From positions 82,531,417-82,595,416 of the forward strand of contig NC_057719.1 of the NCBI RefSeq assembly GCF_004010195.1: 64,000 nt of DNA, given 5' to 3'. Under the pieces are notes generated by a model that was not told the DNA's origin, ran no database searches, and saw only the letters and a list, made by a program, of their open reading frames with translations. Shown piece by piece: positions 25,505-37,200 of this stretch; position 1 is the stretch's first letter; the number at the start of each line of letters is the position of its first letter. The translations under genes and the position numbers were made by a program. Source of the stretch: Chiloscyllium plagiosum (taxonomy: Eukaryota).

Positions 25505-28500
25505 TCTGGGTAATCCAAGATGGAGGACAGGAAAAAGAATTGTGCTGTAAGAGCTGCTTCTTTATTTTTGAGATCGTTTCAGTGTTGGAGCTGATTTCCT
25601 TGAATTCCATGAGCAGTAATTACTGTTTTATAAGCTGTTGTATTGCTTTGGAAGTTTGTGGGGGAAAAGAGATCTAAACAATGGCACTTTGAAAAGTAGG
25701 AAGAGAGACAAAGGCAGAGACCACATGGTCAGTGAGCGAGAGAGAGAAACCTACACTGCTGTCTGGCACAACAGTGAATCTGCACAGCTACTGCCTTTGC
25801 TGTTGAGTTCAGGTATTTCTGGACATCGGAATGAATCTACAAAAAAATCAACAAATAGCGAAATTCACAGCTGACCATAGAGGAACCTGTGTGGGAGAAC
25901 TCACAGCAGAGGAACAGATAAGTGCATGATTTTTAAGTGTAACCTTGTTGTCTTTTTTTTAAATAGTGAATAGACTGGGTTCTTTTTGGTTATATGCTTT
26001 GTTGAGATCTGTGTCTTGATTATAGTTTAATCTGGAGCAGTGTTTTTTAGAGCAATAAGACTGTGCTATTTTCTGGGTATGTAGATTGTTAAAGTGTAAA
26101 GGTAACCTTTAGTAGAATGATGTGTTCTTCCTGTCAGATGTGGGAGATTAGGGAGAATTTCTGTGTTAATAGTTATTATGGCTGCGGTAGGTGTGTTTGA
26201 TTTGTGAATCCTATCGGATCGCATGGATCAGTTGTAGTGGCAGTTAGAGGCGATGAGGAAATTGCAGGAGCTAGGGACTGTGATGCATGACTGTTGTAGG
26301 AAGGGAGAACAACCGGAGATACATTCGGGTAGATGGGTTACCACCAGGAAAGGTAGGAGAAGTAGGCAGGTAATGCTGGAGTCTCCTGTGGCTATTCCCA
26401 TCTCAAACAAGTATGCTGTTTTGGAAAAAGTAGGGGGCGATTGACTCTCTGGGGAATGTAGCACGAACAGCCAAGACTAGCTCTAATGTAATGAGGGGTA
26501 CGTCAGGTTGCAAGCCATCAATTGTGATAGGGGACTATCTAGTCAGAGACACAGATGTTTCTGTGGCCGACAGCAAGTAACGAAAATTGTCTTTTGCTTC
26601 CATGATGCCAGGATCTCAAGGCTATCTCAGAGTGCAGAATGTTCTCCAAAGGGGAGTGGGACTAGCAGCAGGTTGTTGTACACATTGGAAGTAATGACAT
26701 TGGAAGGAAAAAGGATGATATTCTGAAGGGAGAATATAGGAAGTTAGGGAGGAATTTAAAAAGGAGATCCTTGAGAGCAGTAATATCTGGAATACTCCTG
26801 GTGCTACGAGCTAGTGAGGATAGGAGAATACAGCAGATGAATGTGTGGCTGAGGAACTGGTGCAAGGGGAAAGGGTTCATGTTTTTGGATCATTGGAATC
26901 AGTTCTGGGGTAAAAATGACCTGTATAAAAAGGACGGATTGTACCTGAATTGGAAGGGGACTAGTATAGTGGCAGGAAGATTTGCGAGAGCTGCTTAGGA
27001 TTTAAACTAGTAAGGTTAGAGGGGTGGGAGATGTTGAGGAAAGAGATCAGTCTGAGACTGGTACATTTGGGAAAAGGAAAACGTCAAACAGTCAGGGCAG
27101 ACAGGAACAAAGCAGAGAGCGAGGTAGGATCGATAGATTAAGCTGCATTTATTTCAATGCAGGAGGCCTAACCGGGAAGGCAGATGAATGCAGGGCGTGG
27201 TTGGGAACATGGGATTGGAATATCATATCAGTTACAGAGATGTGGCTCAGGGATAGATAGGACTGGCAGCTCAGTGTTCCATGAAACAAATGTTATAGGA
27301 AGGTTAGAAAGAGGGGCAACAGAGGAGTGGGAATGGTGTTTTTATTAAGGGATAACATTATGGCTGTACTGAGGATATTCTTGGGAATACATCCAGAGAA
27401 ATTATTTGGGTGGAACTGAGAAATAAGAAAGGATGATCAACTTATTGGGATTGTACTATAGGACTAAGGCTGGTAGGTATAGAGGAATTCTGGATGATTT
27501 AAAAAAATTGAGGTTTTGGTTAACAAGAAGAAGAAAGCATGTGTCAAGTATAGACAGCAGAGATTGAGTGAATCCTTAGAAGGCAGTGGGAGTATACTTA
27601 AGAGGGAAATCAGGAGGGCAAAAAGGGAACATGAGATAGCTTTGGCAAATAGGGTTAAGATGTATTCAATGGGATTTTATAAATATATTAAGGACAAAAG
27701 GGTAACTAGGGAGAGAATAGGACCCTTCAAAGATCAGCAAGGCAGTCTGTGTGGAACCGCATGAGATGGGAGAGATTCTAAAGAAGTATTTTGTATGATT
27801 GTTTGCTGTGTAGAAGATATAGAACAAATAAATAGTGACATCTTGAAAAATGACCATATTACAGAGAAGAAGGTACTGAATGTCTTAAAGTACATAAACA
27901 TGGATAAATCCCCAGGATCTGATCAGGTCTACACGACAACTCTGTGATTGGGCCCCTTGCTGAGATATTTGTATCATTCATAGTCGCAGGAGAGGTGCCA
28001 GAAGACTGGAGGTTGGCTAACGTGGCGCTACTATTTCAGAGAGGTGTTAAGGAAAAGGCAGGGATCTGTAGACTGGTGAGCCTGACATCAGTGGTGGGCA
28101 AGTCATTGGAGGGAATCCTGAGGGATAGGATTTAAATGCATTTGGAAAGGCAAGGACTGATCAGGGCTAGTCAGCATGGCTTTGTGCATGGGAAAACGTG
28201 TAACGAACTTGATTGAGTTTTTAGAAGAAGTAACAAGGAGGATTGACAAGGACAGAGCAGTAAATGTGATCTATATGGACTTCAGCAAGGCGTTCGACAA
28301 GGTTCCTCATGGGAGGTTGGTTAGCAAGGTCAGATCTCATGGAATACAGGGAGAACTAGCCATTTGGATACTGAACTGGCTTGAAGATGGAAGATAGAGG
28401 GTGGTGGTGGAGGGTTGCTTTTCAGACTGGAAGCCTGTGACCAATGGTGTATTATTTATTTGGATGTGAACACGAGTTTGCAGATGACACTAAAATTGGA

Positions 28501-29358
28501 GGTGTAGTGGACAACGAAGAAGGTTACCTCCAGAATACAATGGCATCTTGATCAAGATGGGCCAATAAGCCACGGAGTGGCAGATGGAGTCTAATTTAGA
28601 TAAACGTGAGGCGCTGCATTTTGGAAAGGTAAATCTGAGCAGGACTTGTACACTTTCTGGAAAGGTTCTGGGGAGTCTTGCTGAACAAAGGGACCTTGGA
28701 GTACAGGTTCATTGTTCCTTGAAAGTGGAGTCTCCGATTAATAGGACAGTAAAGAAAGTTTTTATGCTTTTCTTTATTGGTCACAGCATTGAGTAAAGGA
28801 GTTGGGAGGTCATGTTGCGGCTGTACAGGACATTGGTTAGGCCACTTCCTATAGGCAGGATATTGTGAAACTTGAAAGGGTTCAGAAAAATTTACAAGGA
28901 TTTTGCCAGGGTTGGAGGGCTTGAGCTATAGGGAGAGGTTGAATAGGCTGAGGCTGTTTTCCTTGGAGTGTTGTGAGCTGAGAGGTGCCCTTTTAGAGTT
29001 TATAAAATGATGGCAGCCTGAATAAGACAAATTAACAAAGTCTTTTACCCTGGGTTGGCGAGTCTAGAACTAGAAGGTATAGCTTTTGGGCGAGAGGGAA
29101 AAGATATAAAAGAGACCTACGGGGCAACATTTTCACGCAGAGGGTGGTATGTGTATGGAATGAACTGCCAGAGGGAAGTTGTGGAGGCTGGTACAATTGC
29201 AACATTTAAAAGGCATTTGGATGGGTATATGAATAGGAAGGATTTGGAGGGATGTGGGCCAGGTAGTGGCAGGTGGGACTAGATTGGATTGGGATATCTG
29301 GTCGGTATGGATGTGTTGGACCGAAGGGTCTGTTTCCGTGCTGTAATCTGTATGACTT
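25505..29358 (+). mobile_element. Near full-span degenerate CR1 LINE with internal deletions
   Basis: ORF1 zinc finger CSSCQMWE (~26120), PISNKYAVL and SGNH part (WLRNWC...KKDGLYLN); ORF2 APE (CIYFNA, VTEMWL) and RT (YMDFSKAFDKVPH, FADD at ~28477); CR1 tail. The 5' boundary is uncertain. Confidence 0.92.
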
Positions 29359-30089
29359 AATATCCCTAACAATTCTTCCTCTTCCACCTTTTATACAAAC
29401 TTATTGATCTGTTTGTATTAGTTACTGTTCTCTTTATTTTAGTGCGCTTCGGACTGAACTATAGTCTGAGTCCTTGGTCCCCCCCAAAGCAAGGAGGGTG
29501 TTGGTGTAGTCATGGTAGTGGTTGTGGAGGGGTGGGTGGGGGCATAACCCAGTAAGTCCTAGTAATCTCATTGAGTAACTTTGGAATATCCATTAGATTT
29601 CAAGTTGCCTTTTCCAGAAGCCTAGTCATTGGCCCGATTCATATTTTGAAATTGTGTGGTAGAAAACAATATTTTGATACACTCTGGCCTTTGACCCTTT
29701 GGGTTGGGTTTCAATAAAATTTAGACATTTTTGTGTATTCTGTGTAATGTATTTATGAAGAATAGAGTTCTATATCATGCTAACTTCAATGGGAGAGCAA
29801 CATCAGAGATGTGGTGCTTGGTCTGGGATTAAATAATTTTACCTGAAGTGCTAATATAACTCAATGGTGACTTAATCATAAAATCCAATTTATCCCCCTG
29901 ACTCATGCTGACTTCCATTGTCTAGCAGTGAGAAAGGAAACTATTGACTTGCCTCTGCATGAGCAACCCAGCACCCACATATAGCCAGGAGGAGTCCTTG
30001 AAGACTTGCCCACTCCTTCTGTAAGGTCTATCTGTTGAGCAGTTGATTGTTTGGAGATTTGGAGGAGGAGAACTATGACAGGCTGTTTT

Positions 30090-30452
30090 TGTTAGGTGTG
30101 ACTTAATTGAGACATGTAAAATAATCAAAGGGTTAGATAGGTTGGATAGTGAGAGCCTTTTTCCTCTGATGGTGATGGCTAACAAGAGGGGACATAGCTT
30201 TAAATTGAGGGGTGGTAGATATAGGATAGATGTCAAAGTAGTTGCTTTACTCAGAGAATAGTAGGGGTGTGGTAGGCACTGCCTGCAACATTAGTAGGCT
30301 TGCCAATTTTAAGGGCATGTAAATGGTCATTGGATAGGCATATTGACGAGAATGAAATAGTGTAGGTTAGATGGGCTTCGGGTTGGTTCAACAGTTCAGA
30401 GCAACATTGAGGGTCGAAGGGCCTGTACTGTGCTGAAATGTTCTATGTTCTT
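30090..30452 (+). mobile_element. CR1 3' end
   Basis: Ends gaagggcctgtactgtgctgaaatgttctatgttct; same subfamily as 31713-32886. Confidence 0.85.
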
Positions 30453-30503
30453 TAATGCAATAGATAAAATATTTTCTGATCACTCGATTCTGTCCTGTCT
30501 CAG

Positions 30504-30615
30504 GCATTTTCCGAAATCCAGAATCTCCAGGATCATGCTGATCGTCTGTCAGCTGAGAGAAGCATCCAGACTCGTAAAAGGGATTTACTCATCCGAAAGG
30601 TGTCTCTCTTGACTG
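30504..30615 (+). CDS. MGA: MGA exon: helix 2 and leucine zipper (phase 0-1)
   Basis: ctcag/GCA acceptor, CTG/gtaag donor; AFSEIQNLQDHADRLSAERSIQTRKRDLLIRKVSLLTG. Confidence 0.96.
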
Positions 30616-30928
30616 GTAAGAACTGACATATAATTCAGATCAAATTGCATGGCTTATTTAGCTGCAGCATTAAGCCTGGCAGTGAACATAATAACTTTTG
30701 TCAACAATAGGAAGTATATATAATGATGCAAATTAACTCTAAAAGTACTTACAAAGTGACAGTTTGCTTACAAGGCGAGAAACACAGTTTTGGATCTAAC
30801 AGCATTCATGATTACAATTAAATGTAATTCAGTTGAAAAAAACACCCTGGCTTAAGGAATGAGGGGAGAAAGAGAGCCTTCTGAAGATGCTGGAAAATAT
30901 TAATTTTAATTATTTTCCCTATTTTTAG

Positions 30929-31225
30929 GGAAGACTGAGGAGGTCATTTTGAAGAAACTGGAGTACATCTGTGCCAAACAGAGAGCATTAGATGTTCAGA
31001 AGAAAAATATTGTGCAACAAGAAGCTGATGCTGAAAAGCAGCCCTGCAGCAGTTGGAAAAGAATACCTACTTCATCTGAAACTATGGACATTCTCCAGAA
31101 GGTGGCAATGAATTTGCAGACCCAGAAACCACCTAACGTCACTATGCTAACAAGCAAGAAGGAACCGGCATCAGAGTCTGCGAAACCCCGTATTCTCACT
31201 AGAAAATGGTCATCAACAGCTCCCC
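30929..31225 (+). CDS. MGA: MGA exon following the zipper (phase 1-1)
   Basis: ttttag/GG acceptor; GKTEEVILKKLEYICAKQRAL is conserved MGA sequence. The donor CCC/gtgtgt was chosen by phase and is weaker than the others. Confidence 0.85.
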
Positions 31226-31712
31226 GTGTGTAACTTCTTTGCCTTCTACATAACAGCATGACAATATTGCACCAATGGGCAAGAATAGTGGTATTTAAAG
31301 GAGGTGGCAGGTTTTGGTCTGTTGGCTGGAGCTGGGAAAAAAACATCTTTTTTCTTTTAGGGAAGATGTGCTATATCATGTGCCACTTAACTGGGCAGAG
31401 ATGTGTTTTTCTGCAAGATCAAAGATCTTGGGAGCAGAAGCCCTGCCTGATGAGGACAGCTGACCAGTCAGAATCCAGCAGCTTCATTGAATAGCATCCA
31501 CCTCAGGCCTAAATTGTCGCTGGATCTCAGGCAAAATATAAACATTCAAATTAGAAACAGTAGTAGGCCACTCAGCCCGTTAAGCATGCTCTGCCATTGA
31601 GCAAGGTTGTGGCTGATCCCTTAATCCATAATCCTGTTCAACCGTGATAAATTTTCATCTCCCTACTTATCAAGGATCTATCTACCTCTGCCTTTAAAAT
31701 ATTCAGACTTTG

Positions 31713-32886
31713 ATTATCATCCACATATTTATCCAATGACCATTTTAAATGCCCTTAAAGTTGGTGAGTCAACTACTGTTGCAAGCAGGGCATTCCACAG
31801 CCTTACTACTCTGAGTAAAGAACCTACATTCTGCACATTCTCCCAGTGTCTGCGTGGGTTTCCTCCGGGTGCTCCAGTTTCCTCCCATAGTCCAAAGATG
31901 TGCTGGTCAGGTGAATTGGCTATGCTAAATTGCCCATGGTGTTAGGTGAAGGGGTAAATGTATGGGTGGGTTGCGCTTTGGCAGGTCAGTGTGGACTTGT
32001 TGGGCCAAAGGGCCTGTTTCCATACTAAGTAAGTCATCTACCTCTGACATGTGTCCTATATCTATTACCCCTCAGTTTAAAGCTATATCCCCTCGTGCTA
32101 GCCATCACCATCCGATGAGAAAGGCTCTCACTGTCCGCCCTATCTAACCCTCTGATTACCTTAAATGTCTCAGTTAAGTCACCCCTCAAACTTGTTCTCT
32201 CTAATGTAAACCACATCGAATACCTCAGCCTTTCTACATAAGACCTTCCCTTCATACCAGGCAACATCCTGCTAAATCTCCTCTAAGCCCTTTCCAACGG
32301 TTCCACGTCCTTCCTTTAACGCAGCGACCAGAACTGTACGTAACAGTTCAAATGCAGCCGCACCAGAGTTTTGTACAGCTGCAACATGACCTCATGACTC
32401 CAAAACTCTACCAATAAAAGCTAACATACCGTACGCCGCCTTAACAACCCTATCAACCCGCGTGACAACTTGCAGGGATCAATGCACATGGACACAGAGA
32501 TCTGTCTGCTCATCCACACTACCAGAAATCTTACCATTAGCCCAGTACTCTGTATTCCTGTTACTCCTTCCAACGTGAATCATCTCGCACCTTTCTGCGT
32601 TAAACTCCATTTGCCACCTCTCAGCCCAGCGCTGCAGCTTATCTATGTCCCTCTGTAACCTGCAACATCCTTCCATACTGTCCACAACTCCACTGACTTT
32701 AGTATCATCCGCAAATTTACTAACCCACCCTTCTGTGCCCTCATCCAGGTCATTTATATAAATGACAAACAGCACCGGCCCTAAAACAGATCCTTGCGGT
32801 ACACCACTAGTAACTGAAATCCACAGGTCGGCGCAACATCGAGGGCCGAAGAGCCTGTACTGCGCTGCATTGTTCTATGTTCTATG
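31713..32886. mobile_element. CR1 with inverted body (31713-32820, minus) and forward tail (32821-32886, plus)
   Basis: Minus ORF FVIYINDLDEG...KFADDTK (32479-32775); plus-strand tail cacaggtcggcgcaacatcgagggccgaa...gttctatgttctat. Confidence 0.85.
31828..32036 (+). mobile_element. 5'-truncated HE1-like SINE nested in CR1
   Basis: tgcacattctccc...ccaaagatgtgc...ggcctgtttcc core as in the other SINE copies; CR1 resumes at ctacctctgacat. Confidence 0.8.
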
Positions 32887-33744
32887 ATTCCATGTCTTTT
32901 GAGGATGATAATTCCAAATACCCACCAGGCTCACTGTTAAGAAAGATTTTCTCATCTTTATCGTAAATGCATGATATCTTACTTTCAGTACTAGAATTTC
33001 CAACATTAGAAATCATCCTTTCCATATGCAAACCTTGGGATATTATGTTTCAACTAATCTTCTAAACTGTAAGAAGCCAGTCCAACCTTTCTTTATAATA
33101 CATTGTAGCCATTCAGATCTAGGAAACATTCACTTAATGGCTTCCAACACCTTTACACCCTTCCTTAAATAAGGAGACCAGTGCTCCACATAGTATGTGC
33201 AATGGGTGAGTTGAACCCTTTATTTTCTCTTAGACTCGACCATACCGTGGTTCTTTGTTTAAACATTTATTCCATGTATATTTGGGAGATGTTCATAGCC
33301 AAAAATGTCAGAGAGCTCAAATCTTTATTGTTTTAATGCAAAGAATCATCCCTCTTGATTGTACTAATGACATTCTTAATTATTTGAGCCACCTCTTCAC
33401 CTTTTTACCTAGCTTCCTTTCCTTTCTAAATGTCCTGTAACCTTCAATATTTAGATCCCAATCTATATCATGCAGCAACCATGTCTTTGTCTATCAGACC
33501 ATGGCGCAAATAGAAATGTGTTATCAATTTATCTGTTTTGATTTAAATACTACATGCATTCAGTTACAGAGCCTTCAGTTTTGTCCTTTCATTATTTTCT
33601 TAAGCTCTTTAGATTTGTACTGTCATGATTTATCATTTGCCCCAAATATCTTTATCTCTTGCTTTGTCCCTATTCAGATTTTACAGCATTTCTCCAAATT
33701 TGATCCCTTGCCCCACTATTTAGTTTGAAAGCCCCCTTTTCCTT

Positions 33745-36700
33745 AAGACATAGGAGCAGACATTAGACCATTCAGCCCATTGAGTCTGCTCCGACACTCA
33801 ATCATGGCTGATAAATTTCTCAACCCCATTTTTCACTTTCTCCCCATAACCCTTGATAATCAAGAACCTAGCTATCTGCGCCTTAAATATACTGAATGAC
33901 CTGGCCTCTACAGCCTTCTGTGGTAATGAATTCCATAGATTCACCACTCTGGCTGAAGAAGTTTCTCCTTATGTCCGTTCTAAAACTTTCCTCTAAGGCT
34001 GTGCTCTCCGGTCTTAGTCTCTCCTACCAATGGAAACAACTGTCCATGCTATTCAGTATTCTGTAAGTTTCAATTAGATTCCCCCTCATCCTTCTAATCT
34101 CCATTGAGTATAGACCCAGAGTTCTCAAACTTTCCTCATATGTTGAGCTTTTCTTTACTGGGACCATTTTTGTGAACCTTCTGAGCATGCTCCTGAACCA
34201 GTATATCCTTCCTGAGATATGGGGCCAAAAACTGTGCTAAATATTCTAAATGTGATTTGACCAGAGTCTTACAGAGCCTCAGAAGTACATTCCTGCTTTC
34301 ATATTCACATCCTCTCAAAATAAATGCTATCATTGCATTTACCTCCTAACTACTGACTCACCCTCCAACTTTATCTCGAGAGAATCCTGGACTAGAACTC
34401 CCAAGTCTCTTTGCACTTCAGACATCTCAATTTTCTCCCCATTTCGAAAACAGTCCATTCCTGTATTCTTCCTACCAAAGTGCGTGACTTCACACTTTCT
34501 CATGTACTCTATCTGCCACTTCTTGCCCGCTCTCCTAATGTGTCAAACTTTCTGCAGCCTCCCCGCCACCTCAGTATCTATCTTTGTATTGTCTGCAAAC
34601 CTAGCCAGAATGCCCTCCGTTCCTTCATCTAGATCATTAATGTATAAAATGAAAAGTTGTGGTCCCAATGCTCAGCGTTGCGGAACACGACTTGTCATCA
34701 GCTGCCGTCCTGAGAAGGAGAAAGTGAGGACTGCAGATGCTGGAGATCAGAGCTTAAAAATGTGTTGCTGGAAAAGCGCAGCAGGTCAGGCAGCATCAAA
34801 GGAGCAGGAGAATTGACGTTTCGGGCATAAGCCCTTCTTCAGAAACGACCCTTTTATCCCCACACTCTGCTTTCTGCCAGACAGCCAAACTTCTATCCAT
34901 GCTAGCACCTTGCCTTGAACACCATGTGTCTTTATCTTACTCAGTAATCTCCTGTGCAGAATCTTGTCAGAAGCCTTCTTGAAGTCCAGGTAGATAACAT
35001 CCATTGGCTGTCCTTGGTCTAACCTGCTCATTACTTTCTCAAAGAATTCTAGCAGGTTTGTCAGGCATGACTTCCCCTTGATGAAACCATACTGACTTTG
35101 CCCTATTTTACTATACAATTCTAAGTATTCAGAAATTTTATCCTTCGCAATGGATTCCAGGACCTTGCCCATAACTGACGTGAGGCTAACTGGTCAGTAA
35201 TTTTTCATCTTTTGCCGTACTCCCTTTTTAAATGGAGATCTCACGTGAGTGATTTTCCAGCCATCTGGGACTCTCTGATTCTAGCGATTCCTAAACGATC
35301 ACCACTAATGCCTCCACTAGCTCTTCAGTTATCTCCCTTAGAACTCTAGGGTGTAGCCCATCCGATCCAGGTGATTTACCAACCTTCAAGCCATTCAGTT
35401 TTTCTTGCACTTTCTCCTTGGTGTTGTTCACCATACTCTGCTCTGCCCCCCATACTCTCTTGAATTTGTGGCATATTACTCATGTCTTCCATCATGAAGA
35501 TTGACACAGTAATTATTCAATTCCTCAGCCATTTCCTTGTTCCCCACTACTATCTCTCCAGCGTCATTTTCCAGCACCCCAATGTCCACTTTTGCCCTTT
35601 ATATGTCTAAAGAAACTCTTACAGTCTTCCTTTATATTATTGACTAGCTTAATCTTCTCCCTCCTTATTTCTCTTTTTTTTTTGATGCCCTCTGTTGGTC
35701 TTTGTAAGCTTCCCAATCCTCTGGTTTCCCACCTGCCCTTCAGCACATTACATGTTTTAATTTTACTTTTATGCGATCCCTACTTCCCTAGGTAGCCATG
35801 GTTGCCTAGTCATCCTCCCTGTACCATGCTGCTTTATCTTGGGATAAATCTCAGCTATGTCTCCTGAATTATTTCCAGAAATTCCTACCATTGCTGTTCC
35901 ACTCTCTTTCCTGCTCAGCTCAGAGTCCATTCTACCTAGCTCCTCCCTCATACCTCTAGTTGCCTTTATTCAGCTGTAATATTGTTGCTTCAGATTCTGT
36001 CTTTTCCTTTTCATATTGCAGAGTAGATTCAATCATATTATGATCACTGTTTCCTTAAGGGTTCCTTTACCTTAAGCTCCCTTATTAACTCTGCCTCTTT
36101 GCACAACACTAAATCTAGTATTGCCTGTACTGTAATGTGCTCCACCACAAGCTGCTTCGAAAAGCTATCTCGTATACATTCCACAAATTCCTTTTCTTGC
36201 GAACCACTACCAACCTGGCTTTCTCAGTCCACCTGCCTATTGAAATCCCCCATGATCCCCCCTTGCCTTTCCTACACATCTTTTCTGTCTTCTGGTGTAT
36301 CTTGCACCCCAGTTCCTGACTACTGTTTGGAGGCCTGTACATAACTCCAACTGTGCAGTTCCTCAATTCTACCTGCATTGATTCTATACCATCTGCCCCT
36401 ACTTCGTTTCTTAGTATTGATTTGATTTAATTTCTTTAATTCCTTACTAATAAGGCAACCCCACTCCCTCTGCCCATCTGTCTATCTTTTCGATAAAATG
36501 TATATTCTTGGATTTTCAGCTCCCAATCCGGGTCGCCTTGCAGCCACGTCTCCGTGATGCCCACCATGTCATACCTGCCAATTTCGATCTGTGCCACAAG
36601 CTCATTTACCTTATTCCTTATCCTGTGTGCATTCAGGTATAACACCTTCAGTCTTGTATTAACTGTCCCTCTTCTCATTGTCATTCGTCTGTCCATTGTG

Positions 36701-37200
36701 CTTGAAGTTTGAGAGTATTTGCAAATACTCTGTCCTATTTGTGTCTATGCTGGAGAATTTAATAACCTCTCCAGAGTTCCTACTCTTACTCCCAATAAAT
36801 GACCCCCACCATTTAGTTTAAACCCCTGCCCACAGCCCTAGGTATGCAATTCGCTATGACTCTGGTCCCAGCGCGATTCAGCTGAAGACCATCCCATCGG
36901 AACAGGTCCGTTTTTCCCTTGTACTGGTGCCAATGTCCCATGAATTCAAGCCCATTTCTCCCACACCAAACTTTGAGCCATGCATTTACCTGCTTAATCT
37001 TATTGACCCTGTGCAAATTAACTCATGGCTCAGGTAGTAACCAGAGGTTATTATTTATTTGGTTCTGGTTTTAATTTAGCTCCTAGCTGTTCCTATTCCC
37101 TTAGCAATACCTTTGCCCTAGTTTTACCTATGTTGTTGGTACCTGCATGGACCATGACCACTGGATCCTTACTCTCCCACTCAAAGTTCCTCTGCAGCCC
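33745..37200 (-). mobile_element. CR1 LINE, degenerate (part of ORF1 + ORF2)
   Basis: Minus ORFs: WCGRNG...WDGLQLN (ORF1), LYLNAHRIRNKV...GITETWL (APE), GVMYRPPNS, YLDFKKASDK (RT). Confidence 0.92.
34717..34843 (-). mobile_element. Penelope-like terminus nested in CR1, intact hammerhead core at 34815-34842
   Basis: Minus strand ctgaagaagggcttatgcccgaaacgtc...gatgctgcctgacctgctgcgcttttccagcaacaca, nearly identical to 14794-14875. Confidence 0.85.
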
